Positions 45,175 to 54,980 of a DNA stretch of 64,000 nt are shown here, one piece after another. The position numbers and the translations under genes were made by a program. The first letter of the stretch is position 1. Every line of letters begins with the position of its first letter. The stretch comes from Chitinispirillaceae bacterium (lineage in GTDB: Bacteria > Fibrobacterota > Chitinivibrionia > Chitinivibrionales > Chitinispirillaceae). The notes below the pieces were generated by a model. That model was not told the origin of the DNA, searched no databases, and was given only the letters and a program-made list of their open reading frames with translations. Location of the stretch: NCBI GenBank assembly GCA_046546375.1, contig JBKGXV010000007.1:2257-66256 (forward strand). Reading direction: 5' to 3'.

Positions 45175-46725
45175 ATGCACCATGAATCTTCTCCCCACCA
45201 ACGGGAAAACAGCAGTCCTGTGAGCAATAACGAGCTCCTGGTTCAAAACGAGCTGTTGAAATCTCAGCTCATGAACGCATCTCTAATAAATGAACTAACC
45301 AAAGTGCTGCACTCCTGTACCGACCTGGAAGGTATAATAAAAACTGTACTGCTCTCTTTTCAGGATCTGCTGGATTTCGAGCGGGTGATCCTGTTTCGTC
45401 TGGATAAAAAAAACTTCAACCTCCGCCCCGAATCGTGGGTAGGATTCAATGTAGGTGAAGTGGAGGATATCACAATCTCCTTGGGTTTCGAAGGGGGCGA
45501 TATCACTGATGCGATTTTTTTGAACAGGCATATTCTGGTGGAAGAACCGGACGAAACGAGTGATGCTTTTTATATTGAGCTGAAGTCACCCTCCTATCTG
45601 GTCATTCCGCTTCTGAGCAAGCCCAACAAGCACTGTTGGGAGGTGAAAAACTGCGCGAAACAATCCTGCGCCTGCTACGGCAGCATCAACCCTTTCTGCT
45701 GGAGTCAGACAGGTGCGGGCAAACTTCTCAACACCCGGACCGAAGATCAGAGGCGAAAGAGCTGTATAGAATGTCCTGCATTCAAGGCGGACGGTGTGTT
45801 CTGGATGGACAGGAAGGACAAACAGACTCCTGTCTCCAGTGATGACATCACCACTTTGACAGCCATAATCAATCTGGCCGGTCTGATAATCGACAATTAC
45901 CATATAATGAATGCACTCGACTGCGCCAATCACGATCTGCAGAAAGCCAATGAACAGCTGAGAATAGTGAATTACGACCTGCAGATCGCTCAATCCAAAA
46001 TCAGAAGCGATCTTGAACATGCCCGCACTATCCAGCAAAAATTACTGCCTCAAGACATAGAAACCACAAACGCCTTCTCCATCGGTTCGGAATATCTTTC
46101 AGCCGATGCGGTTGGAGGGGATTACTTCGACCTTTTTGAAATCGACTCTGAGGTGTACGGCCTTGTGGTGGCGGATGTTTCCGGACACGGAGTAGCTTCA
46201 GCACTGATAATGTCCATGGCCAAAGTACTGCTGAAAACCTATTCGCAAAAAGAATTGTCTCCCCAGAAAACTCTTGAGCGTATAAACGAGGTCTTTCTTT
46301 CCGAAATTGCAACTGAACATTTCGTGACTATATTCTACGCCGTCTTCGATACAAAAAAGAAAACTATAAAATTCACCTCTGCAGGTCACTGTCCGGCTCT
46401 ATTTTTGAATAAAGAATCTGGAGATTACACTCTTTTAAAAGCAGACGGTCTTTTTCTTGGAGTATTTCCGGATATGATGCTTTCGGAAAGACAATTCGAC
46501 TATGAACACCGCACCCACCGCCTGATCCTCTACACAGACGGGCTTACGGAAGCCAATAATCTGCAAAACGAAATGTACGGATTGGACAGACTCATCGAAA
46601 TGTCCAAAAAGACCGCGGAATTTGATGCGGAAGCAGCAACAGAAAAAATCCTTGTTGATCAAAAGAAATTCTGCGGTGCGGTCAAGCCGGAAGATGACAT
46701 AACCCTTCTCTTACTGGATCTGTAA
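45175..46725 (+). CDS. PP2C/SpoIIE-family Ser/Thr phosphatase with N-terminal GAF domain carrying a Cys-rich (two-CW-like) insertion
   Basis: The GAF-like region (FERVILFRLD...YLVIPLLSK...LTAIINLAGLIIDN) is interrupted by HCWEVKNCAKQSCACYGSINPFCWSQTG...CIECPAF. A coiled coil follows, then PP2C motifs GGDYFDLF and VVADVSGHGVASALIMS. Confidence 0.75.
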   Translation: MHHESSPHQRENSSPVSNNELLVQNELLKSQLMNASLINELTKVLHSCTDLEGIIKTVLLSFQDLLDFERVILFRLDKKNFNLRPESWVGFNVGEVEDITISLGFEGGDITDAIFLNRHILVEEPDETSDAFYIELKSPSYLVIPLLSKPNKHCWEVKNCAKQSCACYGSINPFCWSQTGAGKLLNTRTEDQRRKSCIECPAFKADGVFWMDRKDKQTPVSSDDITTLTAIINLAGLIIDNYHIMNALDCANHDLQKANEQLRIVNYDLQIAQSKIRSDLEHARTIQQKLLPQDIETTNAFSIGSEYLSADAVGGDYFDLFEIDSEVYGLVVADVSGHGVASALIMSMAKVLLKTYSQKELSPQKTLERINEVFLSEIATEHFVTIFYAVFDTKKKTIKFTSAGHCPALFLNKESGDYTLLKADGLFLGVFPDMMLSERQFDYEHRTHRLILYTDGLTEANNLQNEMYGLDRLIEMSKKTAEFDAEAATEKILVDQKKFCGAVKPEDDITLLLLDL

Positions 46726-46756
46726 GAAAAGAGCTTGTCTCAAAAAAACCGTTGTA

Positions 46757-48265
46757 TCAGAAACCTACCCTGGCAGAGACATTAATCACCGGAAAGAGCG
46801 CAAGCGTATTGTATTCATAGGATACGTCCAGATTCAACTCCCTCCCGATCAGGGGTTCAGTATCCACTCTAATACCCAGCCCGCCAGTCATTTTCCACCA
46901 TGTGGATTCGGCATTCATAATTTCCTTCTGCAGACCGATTCTGAACAAAAGCAGCCGGTAAAGCTCATACTCTATTCCCCCCGACATTATCCAGGGCTGA
47001 TCGGAGTAAAGCGGAATCTGCCCTTCCGCGATGAGAAAGGTCGAGTACCCGGCTTTGAACGAACCGCCCATATGCAGCGTTGATGCCAGTGGTTCGTAAT
47101 ACCGTTCTGCTGTAGTTTTGTTTCTCCATCGATTGATCACCGGGACATCCCGTAACAGAAGGCCGTAGCGGATCCTTTCACTTAGTTCCCACATGAAACC
47201 CAGATCAATTCCGGCTCCGAAGGAACGGCCCTCGGGCGAATCAAGTGAAAGAGCTTTTACAGAGCTGCCCAGTAGTTTGAGCGAAACCCCCAGAGAAAAT
47301 GGCCGCAGCAGGAAATTCTGATTGAATTTGTAAGCAGCGGAAGAGACGAAATACATTTCGGTCATAGCTCCCTCACGGTCGGCAGAGTAAAACAGTGCAT
47401 GACCGAAACCGATTTCCCGGGTCGCCTTGTTCACATAGGAGGCGGCAAGAAGATCGAGTCCGAACCGGTACTGATATGCCGCGGCAGCTTCCCTTGCTCT
47501 GACCCAGGCCATACCGGCGGGATTGTACAATACTCCGTAAGCATCATCCGAAGCTGCCACATATGCATTAGCAAGAGCTGCCGGACGGGCAAACATGGGT
47601 ATCTGATCTGCCGATGCGGGAATTCCCGACAAAGGGTCATCTCTGTAGCTGAACTCAGCGCCTCCGGTCTCCCCCCCTTCACCATAATTCACAAGCCCGA
47701 AAACGAGTCCCGCTCCCTGTACAAGAGAAGAGGAAACGCAGGCTTCCTTTCTGTTGTCCACCTGAGGGCCGTAATACGCTTTCACATCCGAGCTGCACTG
47801 AAGACCATGGATCTTTGCAACGGCAGCCAGAAGCACATCCCTGGCTGATGCACCGGCTTCTCCCTCCAGACTCACATTCTCAATTGTCTGTCCCATTACC
47901 ACATCAATGAGAATCAGTCTCACTCCGGGTTTGGAGGAATTCATATCCACGGAACCGTACACAACTCTGTCAAGCTTAAGAGCTTTTCCGAGATCCAGGG
48001 CCAGACGGGGATCTCTGAAGTGCCGTGGCATTTCAATATGAACCTCCGCAAGGCCCTGCTTCAGTTGGTCCGGGGAATAAAGCTCATAAAACCCCATCTC
48101 TTCGAATCTTTCTATGAGCACGCCCGTCATCTCGGCTGCCAGATCTTCGTTCCCGGTATGGGATTCAAGAGGCAGAACCCCTATCCTCACCTTAGACTCT
48201 TCTGAAGAAGCCAGCATGACCAATACGGTCGCCATCAGCATCGCTGTTTTCACCATCGATTTCAC
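46757..48265 (-). CDS. outer-membrane beta-barrel protein, PorV/PorQ-like, with an extra N-terminal periplasmic domain
   Basis: There is a signal peptide, then an N-terminal CsgG/LpoB-like module (RIGVLPLESHTGNEDLAAEMTGVLIERFEEMGFYEL). The barrel carries FARPAALANAYVAASDDAYGVLYNPAGMAWV, which is PorV/UPF0164-like. The C-terminus ARVGF ends in an aromatic residue. Confidence 0.5.
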   Translation of the reverse strand: MKSMVKTAMLMATVLVMLASSEESKVRIGVLPLESHTGNEDLAAEMTGVLIERFEEMGFYELYSPDQLKQGLAEVHIEMPRHFRDPRLALDLGKALKLDRVVYGSVDMNSSKPGVRLILIDVVMGQTIENVSLEGEAGASARDVLLAAVAKIHGLQCSSDVKAYYGPQVDNRKEACVSSSLVQGAGLVFGLVNYGEGGETGGAEFSYRDDPLSGIPASADQIPMFARPAALANAYVAASDDAYGVLYNPAGMAWVRAREAAAAYQYRFGLDLLAASYVNKATREIGFGHALFYSADREGAMTEMYFVSSAAYKFNQNFLLRPFSLGVSLKLLGSSVKALSLDSPEGRSFGAGIDLGFMWELSERIRYGLLLRDVPVINRWRNKTTAERYYEPLASTLHMGGSFKAGYSTFLIAEGQIPLYSDQPWIMSGGIEYELYRLLLFRIGLQKEIMNAESTWWKMTGGLGIRVDTEPLIGRELNLDVSYEYNTLALFPVINVSARVGF

Positions 48266-48319
48266 TTGTTCCTCCGAACTCTTCTACCCTGCATCAAATT
48301 CAAAGCTGTTCTGCACTTG

Positions 48320-51300
48320 TTATTTCATCAACACAATCGGTTTCATGTACTTGACCTGCTTTCCCTTCACATCACGAATGACGATCATGACAAAGTATCT
48401 TCCGTTTCTGCACATCTGCCCCTGAGAAATACCTCCATCCTGCAACTCCGGATTCCAAACTTCCTCTTTTCTGGTGGTCTTTCCATTCCACCAGATGGCA
48501 TGATCCCCCACTTTCACATTCAGCATTTCAACGGCCCAGACCCTATGGCCAACGGCATTGAATATGTGAAGCTTCACATTGGGGACTCTCGGCTCAGGTG
48601 CATCCACACTGAATCTGATGCAGGTCCCGTAGGGAGCATCAGGGCCATACTCCTTAATCGGACGGATATAAGGAGAAAACGGATTAGGAGACACCTTCAG
48701 ACTTCCGGACAAATCACCCGGCTCCGTAACCACTGCATATCTGGAAAACCCGGTCAGTGCGGCACTCACTCTGCTGCCGTCGTGAGAAGTCACACTGTTT
48801 GCAAGTGCATTCCACTTCAGACTGTCCTCGTTCCAACGTGCTACCCAGAAACGCTTCGTTCCCTCCGAGGCTTCCTTTCTTAACTTTTCAGGTATATCAA
48901 GAACCAGCCTGATACTGTCATTGTCCAGATTCATGGATATGTTCTCCAGCTGCTCTATGTCAAATGCCACACTGTCACACATCCGGATTCCATCAATACC
49001 CTTCATCATTTGATTTTTGAATGCCGAGACTGAAACATCCACAAGCCCCATATCGGCTTCGTCGACAATTTCGGCAGGGAATATGATTTCAAGTCCGCGG
49101 TGATTGCGGGCCGTATCTGCAGAGGAACTGGACATAAGCATGAACCTTACGCAAAGCCCGGCTTCAGTCACTTCTTTTCCATCATAGGGCTTGTACTCCC
49201 CTCTGAGAGACCCCTGCTCATTTGAGGCAAACACGCGCACATGCCCCACAAAAGAATGAGAGGGAAAGAATTTTCCGTTCCGATCGATAGTACCCGCTTT
49301 TTGAGGCTGAATACTCCACTCTGGAGAGATGTCCACCACCTTGCCATCCGCGTCTTTTCCTTCCGCTCTGAATTCGGCAGCATCATTTCCGGAATTGGTA
49401 ATGGGATTGGGGGCCATCAGATCAGTACGATACACCGCAATACTCTCCAGAGCCGAGCCGCTCACAAAAAACTGCACAGTATCACTTAGAGGAACTCCCT
49501 TTTCCAGTCTGATTCTGGAAGTGTCCACAGTAGCAACCAGCAGAACCGGCTCGGAAGTCACTTTTTGTGGTGTTGTTGTGACTGTCGCATCCAATCCCTG
49601 AGCTGACAGTTCACAGCCGCTCGAGTTAATGATTTCCCAGGTGATTCCATCCGGGTTGAGTTCGTCATGAGGAATAAATGAGGTGCTGTAGTATCCCCGG
49701 AAGGAAAAAGTCGCATCATAGGAAGCAGGAAACACAAGCGGAGTTTCCGATGAAGAGGGTTTTACCACATGCTTGGAAAGAAAACGGCTCGTGTCGGGTT
49801 TTACATAAGTATGATAGGATTCCTTTTCATAACCAAACACATCCGTTCCCACATAAGCATTGAAATAATAAGAAAGATTGCATCCATCACGGTCCGGGGA
49901 AAATTCGAATTCGTATTCTGTACCACTCTCGTTCAATGTGCATGATTTGTAATTCTGGCTACCTTCACTTCTGTAGTACAGAACTGCTGAATCCAGTTCT
50001 GAATCGGACCTGAGAATCAGGTTCACTTTTCCGGCAAGAGGATACAGTGTGTCCGGCGAAAGATGCACCACACCCATAGTAATACTTTCAGTATGCACCG
50101 ACTCGGTATCTTCAACTGAGAATCGTCTGTAGGAAAGATCGACAATACTGTCCGCATCCGCATCCGCTTCAATCAGATACACTCCTGTTCCTGCACCGGT
50201 CAGAGAATCCGAAAAAGAGACAGTCTTTACCACCGGCGACTTTATTTTCACAGAACCGGATACGGAATTGTCCATATCCCACTTGACTGTTCTCGTTCCG
50301 GGCAGCATGTGAAGATCAAACAAATACGGTTCCGGTTTACCATCCGATATTTCCAGTTCTTCTCCAGGCCAGATACTGTCGAGAACCATTCCATCCTTTC
50401 CGGCCAAAATCACAAAAGACCCGTCCGGAATTCCTCTGATTTCATAATATCCGTCAGAAGAGCTTTTTCCTGAAGAAACGATTTTTTCCGTTACAGTATC
50501 ATACACTATCACATTCACATTGCCCAAAGCAGAACCGCCTTTCATTACGGCCGTACCTTCAATCATCGCCCTGCTGCGGAGAGTATCTCTGAAATCGTGA
50601 GTGTTTTTGGCTACGGTTTTTAAGGTATCCGGAATATCGGAGGATACATATCCTTTAGCAGAAGTATAGACCAGAAACGTTCTGTTGCCGGGAAGACTTT
50701 TGCTGAATTTGCCGAAAACGGCATCGGATACCGCTGCAAACGAGTCGGCAGGCGAATCCGAATCCACGAACAGCACTTTGGCAGAAGGGATGGAAGCTGT
50801 CACCAGCTCGTTTTTGACCCATGTACCACCGGCCACCGTTCCGTTTACAAGAGCAGCACCGGGATTCAGAGTTATATTTTTACTCTGTGAGCCGGTCACT
50901 GTAAGCCCGGAGCTGTAGGCGGCAAAGCCAGCTTTTTCCGCTGTGATCTCATAAGTTCCCGACGGGATGGAGAAAGTGAAAGTACCATCCTGTGATGTGG
51001 AAGGCAGTTCATCAATAAGCACCCCTTCCTGGAGGATCTGAACACGAACTCCGATTATGGGCTTTCCTTCAGGATTCCGCACGGTTCCGGAAAGTGAATA
51101 GGGGTTTTTTGGGATTACTGTGGTTTGACAGTTGAAATCCTCTCCAGCCCCCACAGTGATGCTGCTGGACAAAGAAGGTTTGTATCCGGTTTTCTTCACA
51201 TGATAAATCCAGTCACCGGCATAACAGTTCAGAGTGAAATTGCCCAGTGCATCAGTGTTGTTGACTACAGTGTCACCGCGTTCCGATACCGCAACCACTT

Positions 51301-52807
51301 GGGCCAGATTCACGGCCTTTCCGCTCGGATCAGTCACTTTTCCGTACATTGTGGCTTCAGGCCTGACCATGTAAAGAGTGTCGAATGATGTGGAGTCATC
51401 CCCGACCGTTATTGTCCGTGAAGTTACTTCGTAACCGTCTTTCACAGCGGTTACTCTGTAGGTGCCCGCCGGCCGCGTTCTGCTGAGATTACCATTGAGA
51501 TCGGTATAGAAAGCCAGAGGTGCCTCCATGGGTCCCTCTATCACCTCCACCCTGATCTCGGCAAGTCCCACCGGGCTTATCGAGGTATCCTTCTGACCGT
51601 TCTGAACCGTTTCGATCTTTTCTCTTGTATAAACATTCATTGTTCCCGAAGGAGAGGAATAGGAGAAACTGGAAGTATCCCCGGCCGTTCCCGCCCCCCT
51701 GTCATCAAGCGCAGTCACCTTCCACAGATAACGGTTCTCATTGAGGGTTCCCGCTGCGTCGATACTTGCACTCAGGGTATCGGTCTGCTTTTCTCCCCCG
51801 TTTGCCACCGTGGTTTCCCACACCAGCATGTAACCGCCGATCCCCTGTACTTCAGCACGGACATAAAGATTCACCTGATAGGCATTGGCACTGGTGTCAA
51901 GGTTTGTCCATTTGAAATCGAAAGTGGGATGTTCAATATTGCTTAGATCCTCATGAAGAGGATACACATTTTCGGGTTTGGTCAGAGAATCTCCGGTTAC
52001 CCTGAACTCTCCGATGGGAAACGACACTTTCGGAGAGGAAAACGCCATGTGATTCCCATAGTTGTTAAGCACTATCCAGGTATAGCGTTTTCCGGGAGAT
52101 AATGGAGGCGGATCAGCGGTAATGGTATTGGAGGGATCCGGAGTACCGTAAGTAATCTGAGTGTTTGGAGTTATTGCTTGCCACACTACACTCAGGCCCT
52201 CTACATTCACTGTTCCCTCGGAAGTATCTGCTGAAATCGGTTCATCGGAAAGGATCACATGATAATAGGGAACACCCGGATTGGTTTTCCAGCTGAATGT
52301 GGGGGTAAGGTTGCTTATTTCCTCTGAGGGCGCATCCCACTCTACCGGATCGGGGCTTTCCACAATGATCTGGAATTCATTTGAATACAATGTGTCCTCC
52401 TGCAGAGGCCAGGCGACGATTGCATAGTAAACACCTATTCCCATGTTTTCCTGATCAGCCGGACGGAAGGCGGTTCCTCGTTTCAGAGGAGTCTCTCTGA
52501 AATACACATTGTCCAGCGATTTGCCTGTCATGCTGTCTGTGGCGGGAGCACTGATCCGATAGCGGTAATTGGCAAGATCCCCTCCTCCGGGAGAGCGGTC
52601 AAAGTAGATTCTTCCCGAATCCGGTGCCAGAAAGGTAGGATCAAGCGGGTCTCTTGATGTTCCGCTCCACTTGACCCACAGCAGTTCCTCTGCAGGTCGT
52701 GCCCCGATCGGCGCTTCCACGATCAGATAATCATTACTTGACTGTGCAAAAACCTGAACACAGAAAAGCAGAAAGAAAAGAACTCCGAAACCAGTTTTCC
52801 TCAACAT
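48320..52807 (-). CDS. 1495-aa secreted surface protein with multiple carboxypeptidase-regulatory-like / Ig-like domains and a FlgD-Ig-like (T9SS-type) C-terminal domain
   Basis: The signal peptide is GVLFFLLFCVQVFAQ. CarboxypepD_reg-like units repeat (GKVTDPSGKAVNLAQVVAV...GNFTL; GTVRNPEGKPIIGVRVQI...GTFTFSIPSGTYEI). The C-terminus reads VSPNPFSPY...VKLHIFNAVGHRVW...GDHAIWWNGK...NGRYFVMI. Confidence 0.75.
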   Translation of the reverse strand: MLRKTGFGVLFFLLFCVQVFAQSSNDYLIVEAPIGARPAEELLWVKWSGTSRDPLDPTFLAPDSGRIYFDRSPGGGDLANYRYRISAPATDSMTGKSLDNVYFRETPLKRGTAFRPADQENMGIGVYYAIVAWPLQEDTLYSNEFQIIVESPDPVEWDAPSEEISNLTPTFSWKTNPGVPYYHVILSDEPISADTSEGTVNVEGLSVVWQAITPNTQITYGTPDPSNTITADPPPLSPGKRYTWIVLNNYGNHMAFSSPKVSFPIGEFRVTGDSLTKPENVYPLHEDLSNIEHPTFDFKWTNLDTSANAYQVNLYVRAEVQGIGGYMLVWETTVANGGEKQTDTLSASIDAAGTLNENRYLWKVTALDDRGAGTAGDTSSFSYSSPSGTMNVYTREKIETVQNGQKDTSISPVGLAEIRVEVIEGPMEAPLAFYTDLNGNLSRTRPAGTYRVTAVKDGYEVTSRTITVGDDSTSFDTLYMVRPEATMYGKVTDPSGKAVNLAQVVAVSERGDTVVNNTDALGNFTLNCYAGDWIYHVKKTGYKPSLSSSITVGAGEDFNCQTTVIPKNPYSLSGTVRNPEGKPIIGVRVQILQEGVLIDELPSTSQDGTFTFSIPSGTYEITAEKAGFAAYSSGLTVTGSQSKNITLNPGAALVNGTVAGGTWVKNELVTASIPSAKVLFVDSDSPADSFAAVSDAVFGKFSKSLPGNRTFLVYTSAKGYVSSDIPDTLKTVAKNTHDFRDTLRSRAMIEGTAVMKGGSALGNVNVIVYDTVTEKIVSSGKSSSDGYYEIRGIPDGSFVILAGKDGMVLDSIWPGEELEISDGKPEPYLFDLHMLPGTRTVKWDMDNSVSGSVKIKSPVVKTVSFSDSLTGAGTGVYLIEADADADSIVDLSYRRFSVEDTESVHTESITMGVVHLSPDTLYPLAGKVNLILRSDSELDSAVLYYRSEGSQNYKSCTLNESGTEYEFEFSPDRDGCNLSYYFNAYVGTDVFGYEKESYHTYVKPDTSRFLSKHVVKPSSSETPLVFPASYDATFSFRGYYSTSFIPHDELNPDGITWEIINSSGCELSAQGLDATVTTTPQKVTSEPVLLVATVDTSRIRLEKGVPLSDTVQFFVSGSALESIAVYRTDLMAPNPITNSGNDAAEFRAEGKDADGKVVDISPEWSIQPQKAGTIDRNGKFFPSHSFVGHVRVFASNEQGSLRGEYKPYDGKEVTEAGLCVRFMLMSSSSADTARNHRGLEIIFPAEIVDEADMGLVDVSVSAFKNQMMKGIDGIRMCDSVAFDIEQLENISMNLDNDSIRLVLDIPEKLRKEASEGTKRFWVARWNEDSLKWNALANSVTSHDGSRVSAALTGFSRYAVVTEPGDLSGSLKVSPNPFSPYIRPIKEYGPDAPYGTCIRFSVDAPEPRVPNVKLHIFNAVGHRVWAVEMLNVKVGDHAIWWNGKTTRKEEVWNPELQDGGISQGQMCRNGRYFVMIVIRDVKGKQVKYMKPIVLMK

Positions 52808-52834
52808 GTATGTAATCCTTTCATTGCACTTTCA

Positions 52835-54295
52835 TCAGAAGTAGTAGAAAAAGCCGGTTCTGAAAGCGGGAAGTGGCATGACATCCAGTTCGAGATGCAG
52901 TTTGACTTTTGTTCCGATGGTCGAACCGAGGCTGAGGACAGGAAAGAGAGCAGCTCTGCCCAACCGCAGATCCGGAAGCGTTCTGTCACCCAGAATGTGA
53001 TCCTGATCCCCGGACCTGAAGTCCATCGCAAACACACCCATATTCACAAACGCGCCAAGGTAATTTGCGTGAAGCATGGCGATGTGATCCACACTGACTC
53101 CCACATCCATTTTCAGAGAATCCAGAAGTCCCTCCCTTTCGGTACCGGACTCCACCGGGCGCTGCTCTTTTCGGATTTTGTCCATACCCATCTCGATATC
53201 CCCGAATATTTTGGTATAGGAAACAACAAGTCTCTCGGGAATGATATCAGCAGTCAAAGTGTGCCCGTGAGGCAGTTCCCAGCGAAGCGGATCATCGGTG
53301 CTGTAAACTATACTGTCGACAGCATTGGAAAGGAGAAGCTCTCTTACCTCCGGCTTCATCAGAACATCCTGATCTGTCAGGTCGTATTTCGGTTTCCCTG
53401 TTTCCGGGTCGATAATGGCGGGAAGTTTGTACCGGGCATAAAAAGAACCTCTGGCGTTTGTCTTCACCCCGAAACGCGAAGCAAGTGAAAAGCGCCACAG
53501 CCGGATACCGATCGAGGGGGACCAGACCTCCGCTTCATAATCACCCAGAGCATATCCGTTGAGCATCTCGGAAGGGTAGTCCAGTTCCACAAACACCGGG
53601 ACATCTCCGGCCATTTCACCTCCGCTTAACTGCAGATCGAAAAATCCAACCATATCGGCATCAGCTCTTCCCCGGAAATCCATGGTGAAGAGATGCCGAT
53701 GGAGATTGAGGGCGAAAACGATATCTCTGCCGAGCTCATATGCATACCCGAAGGTCATCGTCTCCCAACCCATTGTCAATTTGAGAGGCATGTTTATGGT
53801 GCCTCTCAAAAGGAAATCCATATCCGAGGAAAGTGAATCGGGAGCAAGAAACAGAGAGGGATTACCCATAACTGTTTCATAATTCAGAAAGAAGTTCTGG
53901 GTATATGCATAGCTGCACAATCCCCCCAGCATGGGCATATCAACCCGTATAGTATAGTTTGGACTCTGACGAGCAACTCCGGTCGGGCGGAAATCGTCTC
54001 CGTTTCTGAAAATACTCGAATCGGAAAACAGAGTGTCCACCATGGGCCCTCCAAGATCCCTCAGGCTGAATCTCTGATTGAAGGGCATGTTGAAACCGAT
54101 ATATCCCAGAGGATAATCGAAATCCACATCAGTCGGTGGTCTGAGAAGGTCGTAGTTGAATCCCAGGGAAAGTCTCGCTTCGAAAGAAGAAAGGGAAACC
54201 TGAGCATCCACATCCTCCACTGGTGCACTGAACACCGAAGTTTTCGCAAAAGACACCACCAATAAAAAAACAACCAACATTTTATGTCTGATCAT
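52835..54295 (-). CDS. predicted outer-membrane beta-barrel protein, function unknown
   Basis: There is a signal peptide (LVVFLLVVSFAKTSVFSA) and an alternating beta-strand pattern. The C-terminus reads FRTGFFYYF. The gene ends 27 nt upstream of the giant cargo gene. Confidence 0.5.
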   Translation of the reverse strand: MIRHKMLVVFLLVVSFAKTSVFSAPVEDVDAQVSLSSFEARLSLGFNYDLLRPPTDVDFDYPLGYIGFNMPFNQRFSLRDLGGPMVDTLFSDSSIFRNGDDFRPTGVARQSPNYTIRVDMPMLGGLCSYAYTQNFFLNYETVMGNPSLFLAPDSLSSDMDFLLRGTINMPLKLTMGWETMTFGYAYELGRDIVFALNLHRHLFTMDFRGRADADMVGFFDLQLSGGEMAGDVPVFVELDYPSEMLNGYALGDYEAEVWSPSIGIRLWRFSLASRFGVKTNARGSFYARYKLPAIIDPETGKPKYDLTDQDVLMKPEVRELLLSNAVDSIVYSTDDPLRWELPHGHTLTADIIPERLVVSYTKIFGDIEMGMDKIRKEQRPVESGTEREGLLDSLKMDVGVSVDHIAMLHANYLGAFVNMGVFAMDFRSGDQDHILGDRTLPDLRLGRAALFPVLSLGSTIGTKVKLHLELDVMPLPAFRTGFFYYF

Positions 54296-54557
54296 AGCAA
54301 ACCAGGTCCTTCTGAAGCCAGATTAAAGGGTACCTCAGAATTATATGGTCCATTGCCGGTGGTGTCAAGTAGTGAAAACGGAATACTTCACTTATAACAT
54401 AGAAGAAGTGGACACATAATGCGATGTTGCTTTGAAATAGGACCAGACTTTGTGAAAAGAAGGGGGAATTTTCAATTCAACGGACCAGAAAGTGCAGTAA
54501 AGAAAGGCAATGTATACTCGATGCAGGATTGATCCGGCCTCCGGCCTTGACCGGATC

Positions 54558-54866
54558 TTATTCTTCGATACTGGACAGAATATCCTGTGCTATTTTCTTT
54601 TTCAGTTCACTGGAATACTTGAAAAGAGGTACGACTCTTCTCTGCAGAGGCACTACTTCACCGGTTTTGGGATTGCGGGCAGGACGGGGTTTGCGCTCTT
54701 TTGTATAAAAGGTACCGAATCCACGAATTTCTATGCTCTGTCCTTTTTCCAGAATTCGCGCAACCGTCTCAAGCAGTTCCTCTACTACGATTTTGGTATC
54801 CGCCTGAGTCAGTCCGGTGGTTTTGGAAACGGCGGCTATAAGATCGTGTTTTGTAGTATTGGGCAT
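54558..54866 (-). CDS. HU/IHF-family DNA-binding protein
   Basis: MPNTTKHDLIAAVS...IEIRGFGTFYTKERKPRPARNPKTGEVVPL...VPLFK fits the family. ATG 54866 follows GAGGAGGAATA. The ORF track starts 18 nt further upstream. Confidence 0.85.
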   Translation of the reverse strand: MPNTTKHDLIAAVSKTTGLTQADTKIVVEELLETVARILEKGQSIEIRGFGTFYTKERKPRPARNPKTGEVVPLQRRVVPLFKYSSELKKKIAQDILSSIEE

Positions 54867-54980
54867 TATTCCTCCTCGAATCACTCAACTCCTTTAAAAT
54901 ATCCAATCAAGGAACGTCAAAGTCAAGCGAAATAAAAAAAATCATAGTTTCAGTGAAATCCACCCTGCCGTCCCAAAGGG

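Noticed and set aside
48266-48883. 205-aa + strand ORF, with similar ORFs at 44347-44892, 47399-47848, 52895-53488, 55216-55698 and 61422-61952.
   Set aside because: Each is antisense to a longer gene with recognisable signal peptides or motifs.
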